DNA from: Eledone cirrhosa
Lineage: Eukaryota
DNA: 64,000 nucleotides
Assembly (NCBI GenBank): GCA_964016885.1
Contig: OZ024744.1
Span: forward strand, 84,568,001-84,632,000
Direction: 5' to 3'
This document shows, piece by piece, positions 12,433-28,739 of this stretch; position 1 is the stretch's first letter; every line of letters begins with the position of its first letter. A model generated the notes under the pieces. The model ran no database searches, was not told the origin of the DNA, and was given only the letters and a program-made list of their open reading frames with translations. The translations under genes were made by a program, and so were the position numbers.

Positions 12433-14960
12433 CAACAACAACATCCCGCCTACGACGACTACCGCCACCACCCACCTACCACCACCACCAATACCACCAC
12501 CACTAATACAACAACAACAACAGCACACACCTACGACGACCACCTCCACCACCACCACCACCTCCACCACCAACAACAACAAGAACATCACCCCCACCTA
12601 CGACGACCACCAACGCCACCACCACCTCTGACTCCACCTCCACCACCACCACCTCCACCACCACCACCTCCACCATCACCACCACCTCCACCACCAACAA
12701 CAACAAGAACATCACCCCCACCTACGACGACCACCAACGCCACCACCACCTCTGACTCCACCTCCACCACCACCACCTCCACCACCACCACCTCCACCAT
12801 CACCACCACCTCCACCACCAACAACAACAAGAACATCACCCCCACCTACGACGACCACCACCACTACCGGCACTGCCAACATCCACCTAACACCAACACC
12901 ACCACCACCACCACCAACAACAACAACACACACACACACGCCAACTACGACGACCCCCACCACTACCGCCTGCACTACAACCACCACCACCACCACTGCC
13001 GCCACCACCACTGCCGCCACCACTACCACCACCACCGACTACAAACACCACACCAACACCAACAACAACACCACCACCAACACCAACAACAACACACACC
13101 CCTACGACGACATCCACCACTACCGCCGTCGCCACCTCCACTGCCGCCACCACTACCACCACCACCGACTACGAACATCAACACCAACAACAACAACAAC
13201 AACAACAACACACACACACCCCTACGACGACATCCACCACTACCGCCGTCGCCACCTCCACTGCCGCCACCACTACCACCACCACCGACTACGAACATCA
13301 ACACCAACAACAACAACAACAACAACAACACACACACCCCTACGACGACATCCACCACTACCGCCGTCGCCACCTCCACTGCCGCCACCACTACCACCAC
13401 CACCGACTACGAACATCAACACCAACAACAACAACAACAACAACAACACACACACCCCTACGACGACATCCACCACTACCGCCGTCGCCACCTCCACTGC
13501 CGCCACCACTACCACCACCACCGACTACGAACATCAACACCAACAACAACAACAACAACAACACACACACACCCCTACGACGACATCCACCACTACCGCC
13601 GTCGCCACCACCACTGCCGCCACCACTACCACCACCACCGACTACGAACATCAACACCAACAACAACAACAACAACAACACACACCCCTACGACGACATC
13701 CACCACTACCGCCGTCGCCACCTCCACTGCCGCCACCACTACCACCACCACCGACTACAAACATCAACACCAACAACAACAACAACAACAACACACACCC
13801 CTACGACGACATCCACCACTACCGCCGTCGCCACCACCACTGCCGCCACCACTACCACCACCACCGACTACAAACATCAACACCAACAACAACAACAACA
13901 ACAACAACACACACCCCTACGACGACATCCACCACTACCGCCGTCGCCACCACCACTGCCGCCACCACTACCACCACCACCGACTACAAACATCAACACC
14001 AACAACAACAACAACAACAACAACACACACCCCTACGACGACATCCACCACTACCGCCGTCGCCACCACCACTGCCGCCACCACTACCACCACCACCGAC
14101 TACAAACATCAACACCAACAACAACAACAACAACAACAACACACACCCCTACGACGACATCCACCACTACCGCCGTCGCCACCACCACTGCCGCCACCAC
14201 TACCACCACCACCGACTACAAACATCAACACCAACAACAACAACAACAACAACAACACACACCCCTACGACGACATCCACCACTACCGCCGTCGCCACCA
14301 CCACTGCCGCCACCACTACCACCACCACCGACTACAAACATCAACACCAACAACAACAACAACAACAACAACACACACCCCTACGACGACATCCACCACT
14401 ACCGCCGTCGCCACCACCACTGCCGCCACCACTACCACCACCACCGACTACAAACATCAACACCAACAACAACAACAACAACAACACACACACACCCCTA
14501 CGACGACATCCACCACTACCGCCGTCGCCACCACCACTGCCGCCACCACTACCACCACCACCGACTACAAACATCAACACCAACAACAACAACAACAACA
14601 ACACACACCCCTACGACGACATCCACCACTACCGCCGTCGCCACCACCACTGCCGCCACCACTACCACCACCACCGACTACAAACATCAACACCAACAAC
14701 AACAACAACAACAACACACACACACCCCTACGACGACATCCACCACTACCGCCGTCGCCACCTCCACTGCCGCCACCACTACCACCACCACACCGACTAC
14801 AAACACCACCACCAACACCACCAACACCACCACCAACACCACCACCAACAACAACAACACCAACAACACACACACACCCCTACGACGACATCCACCACTA
14901 CCGCTGCAGCCAGCCACCGTCACCACCGCCTTCAACGTCATCGTCATCGCCACCACCATC
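12129..14960 (+). repeat. CAC/CAA-rich tract with a ~117-bp higher-order minisatellite (~16 copies, ~13090-14905)
   Basis: The anchor cctacgacgacatccaccactaccgc recurs every ~113-120 bp from 13101, with the last copy at ~14879. Earlier ~120-bp repeats lie at 12530-12860. Confidence 0.93.
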
Positions 14961-15242
14961 TTACCTTACAATACCCTACCCTACCCTACCCTACCCTACC
15001 CTACCTTACCTTAAACCCCAAACCCTACTCTCCCTTACCTTACCCTACCTCTCCCTACCTGCTATCATGATTAACGCTGTTGTGTCAGTAGGATGTACGC
15101 GATTGCAGAAGATACCGTCCAGTCGGCATGGCACCTTCTACTCTGCACTTGATTAATTAAATCCTCACCTTGATTAGTTGCCTTGGCAACCGCAGACTGA
15201 TAAGGGAAAAAGATTAATTAAGATTATCGATAATCGTTTAGA

Positions 15243-15378
15243 TTTTATTTTATTTTATTTTATTTTATTTTATTTTATTTTATTTTATTTTATTTTATTT
15301 TATTTTATTTTATTTTATTTTATTTTATTTTATTTTATTTTATTTTATTTTATTTTATTTTATTTTATTTTATTTTAT
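15243..15378. repeat. (TTTTA)n pentanucleotide microsatellite
   Basis: Perfect repeat run. Confidence 0.97.
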
Positions 15379-15419
15379 TGTTCTTTACTTATTTTTTCTT
15401 TATTTATAATATTTGTTCT

Positions 15420-15466
<47 letters not shown>

Positions 15467-15771
15467 TTTTACTTTTGATCGGTTTTCTTTTTTTCTTCTT
15501 TCCGTTTTTTATTTATTTTTCCTTCTTTTCTTTTCTTTCTTCCTACTTTTTTTTTATTAACGAGAGGGTGAGAGATTTGTCTTACGGTGTGAAGTGAAAG
15601 AGACGGATTTTTAGATGGTGTATTAGATGTCCTTTTCTGTCTTAATGGAACAGGGGCGGCGGGTTGACAAGGATCTATATGGAACAAGGTGGAAGGGGTA
15701 GTGCATGTTGACAGAGATCTATATATACACATATATACATATATATATATATATGTGTATATATATATATA

Positions 15772-15837
<66 letters not shown>

Positions 15838-15850
15838 TGTATATATGAAT

Positions 15851-15925
<75 letters not shown>

Positions 15926-15969
15926 CGAACCACAGCAAAGGGAAAATATATGTGAATGAAAAATGGCAT

Positions 15970-16009
<40 letters not shown>

Positions 16010-16204
16010 GGAATATATATATATATTATGGAATACGTATATATATTATGGAATATGTATATATATTATGGAATATATATACATATGATATATACAGTAT
16101 ATATATATATATTCTGTACATATATACAGTATGCCTAAATATTAACTTTTAGCTTTGTTCCATTTATTTTGTGTTGCGTTTCATCTCATGTTCATGTCGC
16201 CTTA

Positions 16205-16225
16205 GTTGTTGTTGTTGGTGTTGTA

Positions 16226-16261
<36 letters not shown>

Positions 16262-16337
16262 GGTGGTGGTGTTGTAGTTATTGTTGTTGTTGTTGGTGGT
16301 GGTGGTGGTAGTGGTGGTGTTGTAGTTATTGTTGTTG

Positions 16338-16369
<32 letters not shown>

Positions 16370-16622
16370 GGTGGTGGTGGTGTTGTAGTTATTGTTGTTG
16401 TTGTTGGTGGTGGTGGTGGTGGTGGTGGTGGTGGTGTTGTAGTTATTGTTGTTGTTGTTGGTGGTGGTGGTGGTGGTGGTGTAGTTATTGTTGTTGTTGT
16501 TGGTGGTGGTAGTGGTGGTGTTGTAGTTATTGTTGTTGTTGTTGGTGGTGGTGGTGGTGGTGTTGTAGTTATTGTTGTTGTTGTTGGTGGTGGTGGTGGT
16601 GGTGGTGTTGTAGTTATTGTTG

Positions 16623-16654
<32 letters not shown>

Positions 16655-16685
16655 GGTGGTGGTGGTGGTGTTGTAGTTATTGTTG

Positions 16686-16717
<32 letters not shown>

Positions 16718-16846
16718 GGTGGTGGTGTTGTAGTTATTGTTGTTGTTGTTGTTGGTGTTGGTGGTGGTGGTGGTGGTGGTGTTGTAGTTATTGTTGTTGT
16801 TGTTGTTGGTGTTGGTGGTGGTGGTGGTGGTGGTGGTGGTGTTGTA

Positions 16847-16882
<36 letters not shown>

Positions 16883-16898
16883 GGTGTCGTAGTTATTG

Positions 16899-16930
<32 letters not shown>

Positions 16931-16948
16931 GGTGTTGGTGGTGTTGTA

Positions 16949-16982
<34 letters not shown>

Positions 16983-17072
16983 TTGTAGTTATTATTGTTG
17001 TTGTTGGTGGTGGTGGTGGTGGTGTTGTAGTTATTATTGTTGCTGTTGGTGGTGGTGGTGGTGTTGTAGTAA

Positions 17073-17107
<35 letters not shown>

Positions 17108-17141
17108 GGTGGTGGTGGTGGTGGTGTTGTAGTAATTATTG

Positions 17142-17173
<32 letters not shown>

Positions 17174-17255
17174 GGTGGTGGTGGTGTTGTAGTAATTATT
17201 GTTGTTGTTGTTGGTGGTGGTGGTGGTGGTGGTGGTGGTGTTGTAGTAATTATTG

Positions 17256-17287
<32 letters not shown>

Positions 17288-17456
17288 GGTGGTGGTGGTG
17301 TTGTAGTTATTATTGTTGTTGTTGGTGGTGGTGGTGTTGGTGTTATTGTTATTGTTGTTGGTGGTGGTGGTGGTGGTGGTGGTGGTGGTGGTGTTGTAGT
17401 TATTATTGTTGTTGTTGGTGGTGGTGGTGGTGGTGGTGGTGGTGGTGTTGTAATTA

Positions 17457-17491
<35 letters not shown>

Positions 17492-17542
17492 GTTGTAGTT
17501 ATTATTGTTGTTGTTGGTGGTGGTGGGGGTGGGGGTGTTGTA

Positions 17543-17576
<34 letters not shown>

Positions 17577-17629
17577 TTGTTGTAGTTATTATTGTTGTTG
17601 TTGGTGGTGGTGGGGGTGGGGGTGTTGTA

Positions 17630-17665
<36 letters not shown>

Positions 17666-17675
17666 GTTGTAGTAA

Positions 17676-17710
<35 letters not shown>

Positions 17711-17869
17711 GGTGGTGGTGGTGGTGGTGGTGTGGTGGTGTTGTAGTTATTGTTGTTGTTGTTGGTGGTGGTGGTGGTAGTGGTGGTGTTGTAGTTGTTA
17801 TTGTTGTTGTTGTTGGTGGTGGTGGTGGTGGTGGTGGTGGTGGTGGTGTTGTAGTTATTATTATTGTTG

Positions 17870-17901
<32 letters not shown>

Positions 17902-17913
17902 GGTGGTGTTGTA

Positions 17914-17949
<36 letters not shown>

Positions 17950-18016
17950 GGTGGTGGTGGTGGTAGTGGTGGTGGTGGTGGTGGTGGTGGTGGTGTTGTA
18001 GTTATTATTATTGTTG

Positions 18017-18048
<32 letters not shown>

Positions 18049-18313
18049 GGTGGTGTTGTAGTTATTATTGTTGTTGTTGGTGGTGGTGGTGGTGGTGGTG
18101 ATGGTGGTGGTGGTGGTGGTGGTGTTGGTGGTGTAGTTATTGTTGTTGTTGTTGTTGGTGTTGGTGGTGGTGGTGGTGGTGGTGGTGTTGTAGTTATTGT
18201 TGTTGTTGTTGTTGGTGTTGGTGGTGGTGGTGGTGGTGGTGGTGTTGTAGTTATTGTTGTTTTTGTTGTTGGTGGTGGTGGTAGTGGTGGTGGTGGTGGT
18301 GTCGTAGTTATTG

Positions 18314-18345
<32 letters not shown>

Positions 18346-18571
18346 GGTGGTGGTGGTGGTATTGTAGTTATTATTGTTGTTGTTGGTGGTGGTGGTGGTG
18401 GTGGTGGTGGTGGTGGTGGTGGTGGTGGTGTTGTAGTAATTATTGTTGTTGTTGTTGGTGGTGGTGGGGTGGGGGTGTTGTAGTTATTGTTGTTGTTGTT
18501 GTTGTTGGTGGTGGTGGTGTTGTAGTTGTTATTGTTGTTTTTGGTGGTGGTGGTGGTGGTGTTGTAGTTAA

Positions 18572-18602
<31 letters not shown>

Positions 18603-18621
18603 GGTGTTGTAGTTATTATTG

Positions 18622-18653
<32 letters not shown>

Positions 18654-18687
18654 GGTGGTGGTGGTGGTGGTGTTGTAGTTATTATTG

Positions 18688-18719
<32 letters not shown>

Positions 18720-18735
18720 GTTGTAGTTATTATTG

Positions 18736-18767
<32 letters not shown>

Positions 18768-18795
18768 GGTGGTGGTGGTGGTGGTGTTGTAGTTA

Positions 18796-18830
<35 letters not shown>

Positions 18831-18931
18831 GGTGGTGTTGTAGTTATTATTGTTCTTGTTGTTGTTGGTGGTGGTGGTGGTGGTGGTGGTGTTGTTGTTG
18901 GTGGTGGTGGTGGTGGTGGTGGTGGTGGTGG

Positions 18932-18962
<31 letters not shown>

Positions 18963-19077
18963 GTTGTAGTTATTATTGTTCTTGTTGTTGTTGGTGGTGG
19001 TGGTGGTGGTGGTGTTGTAGTTATTATTGTTGTTGTTGGTAGTAGTGGTGGTGGTGGTGGTGGTCTTGTAGTTATTG

Positions 19078-19109
<32 letters not shown>

Positions 19110-19254
19110 GGTGGTGTTGTAGTTATTATTGTTCTTGTTGTTGTTGTTGGTGGTGGTGGTGGTGGTGGTGGTGGTGTTGTTGTTGTTGGTGGTGGTGGTG
19201 GTGGTGGTGGTGGTGGTGTTGTTGGTGGTGGTGGTGGTGGTGGTGGTGGTGGTG

Positions 19255-19286
<32 letters not shown>

Positions 19287-19364
19287 GGTGGTGGTGGTGT
19301 TGGTGGTGTTGTAGTTATTGTTGTTGTTGTTGGTGGTGGTGGTGGTGGTGGTGGTGGTGTTGTA

Positions 19365-19400
<36 letters not shown>

Positions 19401-19720
19401 GTTGTAGTTATTGTTGTTGTTGTTGGTGGTGGTGGTGGTGGTGGTGGTGGTGTTGTAGTTATTGTTGTTGTTGTTGGTGGTGGTGGTGGTGGTGGTGGTG
19501 GTGTTGTAGTTATTGTTGTTGTTGTTGGTGGTGGTGGTGGTGGTGGTGTAGTTATTGTTGTTGTTGTTGTTGGTTGTGGTGGTGGTGGTGGTGGTGTAGT
19601 TATTGTTGTTGTTGTTGTTGGTTGTGGTGGTGGTGGTGGTGGTGGTGGTGGTGGTGGTGGTGGTGGTGGTGGTGGTGGTGGTGGTGTAGTTATTATTGTT
19701 GTTGTTGGTGGTGGTGGTGG
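16205..19720 (+). repeat. Compound (GTT)n/(GGT)n minisatellite anchored on gttgtagttatt
   Basis: Dozens of variable-length units ggtgttgtagttatt(gtt)n(ggt)n, followed by (GAG)n, (AAG)n at 19741-19818 and (GAT)n. Confidence 0.95.
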
Positions 19721-19884
19721 AGGAGGAGGAGGAGGAGGAGAAGAAGAAGAAGAAGAAGAAGAAGAAGAAGAAGAAGAAGAAGAAGAAGAAGAAGAAGAAG
19801 AAGAAGAAGAAGAAGAAGAGGTGGATGACGACTAAGATAAGGATGATGTTGGTGATGATTGCGATGATAATGATGATCATAATA

Positions 19885-19920
<36 letters not shown>

Positions 19921-20711
19921 GCGATGATAACGATGATCATCATAATGATGATGATGATATTCTTGATTTTCTTTTATATGCCGAATGAGAGTGTACACTA
20001 TACAAACAATGAACGTAAAGTGTTGGTTGGTGTTGGGGTGGGCGAAGATGGTGACACAAAAACCGGATGAGAAAAAATATATAGAGCGATGCATATAGTA
20101 TACATAAGTGTTTCTATTTTCGGCACAAGGCCAGCAAATACACCCCAGTGTATTACTGGTACTTTATTTTATAGACACCCCCCCCCGTAAGGATGAAAGG
20201 CAAAGTTAACCTCGGAGGGATTACAACTCAGACCGTGAAGGACCGTAACTCTATGCGTCAAAGCATGGTGTCCAACCCTCTACCACTACAACCAATCCAC
20301 ACAGTACATGTTTATCATCAGAAACAATTATGTATATATAGTATACATACTGATGATAAACAGTCTCCTTCTGATATAGGAGAACCTCCTCATAGAAACG
20401 ATCGACAAACCCCAATAAATTCACGGCCACCCTGATGACCATGAGTGAGCACCCACTTTCGATTTTCTCAGCAAGTAGAATCATTCACTCTTGCTAGTTT
20501 CCCTATAGTATATGAGTGATATGGAGTGCAGGAGAGATGGAGGTAGTGACAGTGGGAGTTTGGTTCCTTTGTGTTCAGACCTGGTGTATATGAGAGTTGG
20601 GGAGAGCAGGAGAGACGGAGGTAGTGACAGTGGGAGTTTGGTTCCTTTGTGTTCGGACCTGGTGTATATGTGTATATAAGAAAGAATGAGTATTTCTCCT
20701 TATATATATAT

Positions 20712-21117
20712 ATGAATAAAATTAGTCCTTCATCAGTGATCTTCCAGCTTCATTGGTATTTCATCGCTTTAAAGATCATATACCTCTGGTTGGTGCGAGC
20801 AACGGCTAAAGAAAGTCGTTGGGACACGTAAAATAGGGGGAACGAGCGAGACAGTAAACAAACAAAGATGGTAATGCAACGAAAAGTGAGGAACAAGGAG
20901 TCAAGTCCGTGAAATCAATGAACATAAGTTCTGTGAAATCGTAGGCGAGAGATAAAGACCATCCAACCTGGTTGAAATGTGAGCGAGAAAAGAATTTCAC
21001 ACAGGTCAAACGGGAGAAAGTGATGGAGAGGGAGTAGCAGAGAGTGCGTGAAAGTGTGAGGAAGAGGCTAACTGAGAGAATGACGGCAGAGAGGGTAAAA
21101 AGAAAGTGAGAGATACA

Positions 21118-21120
<3 letters not shown>
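20712..21120 (-). mobile_element. (TA)n-flanked dispersed non-coding repeat family
   Basis: Shares ggtatatggtctttaaagcgatgaaataccaatg...gatcactgatgaaggac with + copies at ~37405-37640, 38441-39124 and 55217-55550, and a minus copy at ~57716-57900. Confidence 0.8.
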
Positions 21121-21187
<67 letters not shown>

Positions 21188-21188
<1 letters not shown>

Positions 21189-21493
21189 ATATATTAACAA
21201 ATGAAAACTATATTTATAAAACCATATTTATTTTATTATACATATTTCAATTATTACACATATGTCAATATTTATTTATAAAACAAATCTGAATTGTATT
21301 TTATCTGATGAAAGCGCACCATAATTTGCCTTGGTGGCCCTTGAAATATGTATAATAAAATAAAAATGGTTTTATAAATATAGTTTCCATTTGTTAATAT
21401 ATTGTATATTTACTCCACTAAACTGTTGAGTGCTTTAAATGAGTTATACAAATGTTTAAGCTTGTTGAATCCCAACAAATTAAATATAACCTC

Positions 21494-21497
<4 letters not shown>
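21188..21497. mobile_element. (TA)n-flanked inverted-repeat pLTR-like element
   Basis: Arms at ~21188-21250 and ~21341-21402, with a tail carrying gttgagtgct (~21425) before (TA)n. Confidence 0.8.
21298..21361 (+). ncRNA. Type I hammerhead ribozyme motif
   Basis: ATTTTAT-CTGATGA-AAGcGCACCA...TGGTGgcCCTT-GAAA-TATGTA-TA-ATAAAAT, with a perfect 7-bp stem I. Confidence 0.82.
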
Positions 21498-21560
<63 letters not shown>

Positions 21561-21664
21561 ATAGGAAAATGGCCATGACCCCGGCGGCAGACCTCAAGCC
21601 GTTTCGACGGCTTATTTCTGGACTAAATTAGAATTTTTAGCGTGGTAATAAAACAATTTTATTA

Positions 21665-21700
<36 letters not shown>

Positions 21701-21893
21701 ACTTATATCGAGACAGACAAATTGTATTCACTTTAATTAGTTTATTTCATTAATAGCTAACTTTGTCTGTTACAATGCAAACACGTTTTGTGTTTATCAT
21801 ATATTTTAATGTATTTAACTGCTCGGAAATGCCCCTTTTCTTGGAGCTGGATTATTGTAAACGACTGAGAGTTTATTCTCAAAATATAATATA

Positions 21894-23873
<1,980 letters not shown>

Positions 23874-24175
23874 AAGTAATTCCGTCGGAAAAAGTCCAGG
23901 AAAAAAGAGTGCTCTATGTAGGTAACAGAGCTTAATAGTTATGTAATAAACAACATAAGGCAATTATTCCATTTACCAGTGGTTTCTTAAAAGCAAAAGA
24001 TTTTGCTTTCAATCCTCAGAATGAAAAAATCCTGGTCTGTTTATTGAATTTGGATTTTAAAAACGAAAATGCAATCTATATGAAAGTGAGGCTGGAGAAG
24101 GAAGAAGGAAAGGAAAAATAAAATAAAACTACACATGCAAACACACACAAAACACAAAAGCATATATACACACAC

Positions 24176-24236
<61 letters not shown>

Positions 24237-24457
24237 CATACATATATATATACACATACATACACTCATACATACACACACGCACACATATATACACACA
24301 TATATGTGTATATAAATACACACAAACACATATATACATACGCACATAAATATCAACACATCCATACATACACATACATATATACAACCACACAAACATA
24401 TATATACACACATACATACACATAGAAACATAAATATAAATACATATACATACACAC

Positions 24458-24520
<63 letters not shown>

Positions 24521-25383
24521 TATATATATATATGTGTGTGTGTACAAGCATACACATACACAAACATAGCCGTACACACATACATATACATACATACATT
24601 CACACAATCATACATATATACACACGTACATACATACACATACATAAATGCGCTCCTCTTCATATTCACACACGAAAATAAATATAAGAAAAAAAAATAT
24701 ATATATATAAAAAAATTTTGACAGCGATACAGAACGCAGCTAACTGGACAGACACGCGTGATAAGTAATACACACAAATGCATACGTACGAAATAGTAAA
24801 TACATACACACACTCTCGCACATAAATATACATATACAAATACATAAACACATACATACACATACATGCACAAACATGCACACGCACACGTATACAATTA
24901 TACACACACATATGTATATGTAATTATACACACACATATATATATATACATAAATATAAACATACACACACACACAATTATGTATACATACACACATACA
25001 AATACATACATAGCTATACAATTATACACATACAAATACGTACATATCATAAACACGCACAACCAAATACAAACACACGCACACACACATACATATATAT
25101 ATATAAATATATATATACATACACACACATACACATATACATGTGTGTGTGTGTAAAACTCAGTCTTAGATAATTCATAAGAACCTTACATATACATATA
25201 TATATAGTAGTAAAGTAATAAAGTAATAAGCAACATAAGGCAATTATTCCATTCACCAATGGTTTCTTAAAAGCAAAAAATTTTTCGTTCAGTCTTCAGA
25301 ATGAAAAAAAAAACCTGGTCTATCTACATATACATACATATACACACACAAACATATATATATATACGTATACATACACACAC

Positions 25384-25432
<49 letters not shown>

Positions 25433-26220
25433 AATATACATACACATAGGTATGTGAAGGGCAAGGCAAAAAGAATATGTGGGGGGTGGGGACATAGGAA
25501 AAGGTAAAATATAAGGGGAGGTAAGGGAGAAAAAAATAAATATACAAGAGTACAGAACGTAGAATGAGCAAAAAAACCGTAGCAGAAGTAAAGAGCAGGA
25601 AAGGAGTTCAAGGCCGTTGATTTATCATAGGAGTGTATGTGTGTGCGTGTGTTTGTATTTGGTTGTGCGTGTTTATGATATGTACGTATTTGTATGTGTA
25701 TAATTATATAGCTATGTATGTATTTGTATGTGTGTATGTATACCTAATTGTGTGTGTGTGTATGTTTATATTTATGTATATATATATATATGTGTGTGTG
25801 TGTATAATTACATATACATATGTGTGTGTATACTGTATACGTGTGCGTGTGCATGTTTGTGCATGTATGTGTATGTATGTGTTTATGTATTTGTATATGT
25901 ATATTTATGTGCGAGAGTGTGTGTATGTATTTACTATTTCGTACGTATGTATACGTGCATTTGTGTGTATTACTTATCACGCGTGTCTGTCCAGTTAGCT
26001 GCGTTCTGTATCGCTGTCAAACATTTTTTTATATATATATATATTTTTTTTTCTTATATTTATTTGCGTGTGTGAATATGTAGAGGAGCGCATTTATGTA
26101 TGTGTATGTATGTACGTGTGTATATATGTATGATTGTGTGCGTGTATGTATGTATGTATATATATGTGTGTATGGCTATGTTTGTGTATGTGTATGCTTG
26201 TACACATATATATATATATA

Positions 26221-26269
<49 letters not shown>

Positions 26270-26775
26270 ATGTATATGTATTTATATTTATGTTTCTATG
26301 TGTATGTATGTGTGTATATAATGTGTGTGTGGTTGTATATATGTATGTGTATGTATGGATGTGTTGATATTTATGTGCGTATGTATATATGTGTTTGTGT
26401 GTATTTATATACATATATATGTGTGTTTATATGTGTGCGTGTGTGTATGTATGAGTGTATGTATGTGTATATATATATGTATGTATATGTATATATATAT
26501 ATGTATATATATATATTTATATATGTGTGTGTGTGTGTGTATATATGCTTTTGTGTTTTTGTGTGTGTGTTTACATATGTAGTTTTATTTTATTTTTCCT
26601 TTCCTTCTTCCTTCTCCAGCCTCACTTTCATATAGATTACATGTTTGTTTTTAAAATCCAAATTCAATAAACAGACCAGGATTTTTTCATTCTGAGGATT
26701 GAAAGCAAAATCTTTTGCTTTTAAGAAACCACTGGTAAATGGAATAATTGCCTTATGTTGTTTATTACATAACTA
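23874..26775. mobile_element. 2.9-kb non-coding HHR element: partial tandem plus ~1.15-kb inverted arm
   Basis: ~23935-25088 is the reverse complement of ~25634-26775. HHRs lie at 23970-24023 (-), 25250-25303 (-, triplet GTG) and 26688-26741 (+). The interior is CA/TA low-complexity with no ORF. Confidence 0.85.
26688..26741 (+). ncRNA. Type I hammerhead ribozyme motif
   Basis: CATT-CTGAGGA-TTGAAAGCAAA-atct-TTTGCTTTTAA-GAAA-CCACTGG-TA-AATG. An identical mirror copy is at 23970-24023 (-). Confidence 0.88.
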
Positions 26776-26785
26776 TATATATATA

Positions 26786-28739
26786 GTGTCCCTCATCAAC
26801 AATCAGAGAAGAGCTGAGGAGGCCTGGGCCATTGAGAAGATCAAACTCAATCCCAAAGTGTTCTTTTCATTTGCAAAAAAAACACAAAATCACTGGCTCT
26901 ACTGTTGGCCCTCTAATTGATGAAAATGGCACTCTTCAAGACAATGCTAAAACCATGGGTGAGATACTGCAGAAACAATACTGCTCTGTTTTCAGCAATC
27001 CTGATATGGCCGATCTGGGCTGTATCGGCAATGTTACTCCCCATTACACCTTATCGGACATAACGTTTGGCGCCCCTGATGTCTTAGCGGCAATAAAGGA
27101 AATCAAGCATAATTCAGCAGTAGGTCCCGATAGGTTCCCTGCTCGTGTCTTGAAGGCGTGTCAACACCAACTTGCATCTCCTCTTGCCAATCTGTGGCGG
27201 AACTCACTGGATGCTGGATATGTGCCAGAAAACCTTCTATCCCAGTCTGTTGTCCCAGTTTTCAAAAAGGGAAACAAATCCCTTGCCGTGAATTACCGTC
27301 CAATCTCACTCACCTCTCATATCATTAAGGTATTTGAGAGAGTGGTGAGATCGCGAATGACCCACTTCCTTGAGAGTAACAATATGCTGAACTCCAACCA
27401 GCATGGATTCCGTAATGGAAGGGATTGCCTGACGCAGCTACTGCATCACTTTGATGACATTTTGAGAGCCTTGGGAGAGGGTTCCAACACTGATGTTATC
27501 TACCTTGATTTCAGCAAGGCCTTTGACAGGGTTGATCATAACATTCTACTGAGAAAGCTGTCCAATATTGGTGTCACTGGAAAGCTGCTGCAGTGGATCA
27601 AGAGCTTCCTGTCAAACAGAACCCAACATGTTGTAGTTGAGGGAGTCAAATCAAGCCCAGCCAAAGTCAGTAGTGGGGTCCCACAAGGCACTGTGTTGGG
27701 CCCACTTCTCTTCATCATCTATATTAATGACATCACTGACATCATCAAACACAGCAACATTAAAATTTTCGCTGATGATTCCAAGCTCCAAAAGGTCATC
27801 AATGGCGTGGATGACCGGGTAAGCCTTCAGTCAGACCTACTGGCTGTTACCCAATGGGCGGAAAAGAACAACATGTTACTGAACGAAGACAAATTCGAAC
27901 TGATCCACTTTGGAAAAGAGGATGCTCTGAAACTCCCGTACTCCCTTCCCTCCGGGGAAACTCTCGTGGCATCTAACAACATCAGAGACTTGGGAGTAAC
28001 CGTGGACAGCAACATAAGCTGGACCACGCATATAAGCAGCAAAGTTGACATGGCCCGCAGAATGTGTTCCTGGATCCTCAGAACCTTCCAGTCGAGAGAT
28101 TCCCGCACCGTTATCCTTCTCTTCTCTACTTTTGCCCGACCACACCTTGAATACTGTTGTCCACTGTGGTCTCCCCACACGAAACAAAGTATCATGAAAC
28201 TTGAAGCTCCTCAAAGGGCAATCACGAAAAAGATAGATGGCATGTCAGACCTTGACTACTGGGGTCGATTAGAAAACCTGAAACTTTACTCACTCCAACG
28301 TCGCCGTGAGCGTTATATTATCTGCATGATGTGGAAAATGTTTCATCATCACTGCCCAAATGATGTTGGCATCGCCTTCAAGATACACCCAAGGCTTGGG
28401 CCCCGTGCTATCCGTCCCATTCAAAAATCTAAATCGCAACTCATAACAACAATACGGCACAATTATTTCACCTCAATCGGCCCTGCTCTCTTCAACATCA
28501 CACCAGGACACGTCAAAACAGAAACTGACCACACAAAATTCAAGAAGTCTTTGGACAAATTCCTCCAAGTAATCCCGGACAAACCACCCACACCCGGATA
28601 TGTCTCCGCAAACAGTAATTCTCTTCTCGAATGGGCCATGGTGCCCAAATCCTGAATTGAAAGACTTCGCCAGGTGGTGCTATTAAGTTAGACATGGCCT
28701 GGGCCAATACTGGCCAAAACATTTCAAAGTTATTCAAAG

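Noticed and set aside
12019-15156. 1045-aa Pro/Thr/His-rich ORF (extensin/mucin-like)
   Set aside because: CAC/CAA repeats lack stop codons in all + frames, and units of non-triplet length cycle through frames. This is a repeat artefact.
16169-19943. 525-aa Gly/Val and 755-aa Thr/Asn/Pro ORFs
   Set aside because: These are translations of (GGT)/(GTT) arrays with no non-repetitive domain.
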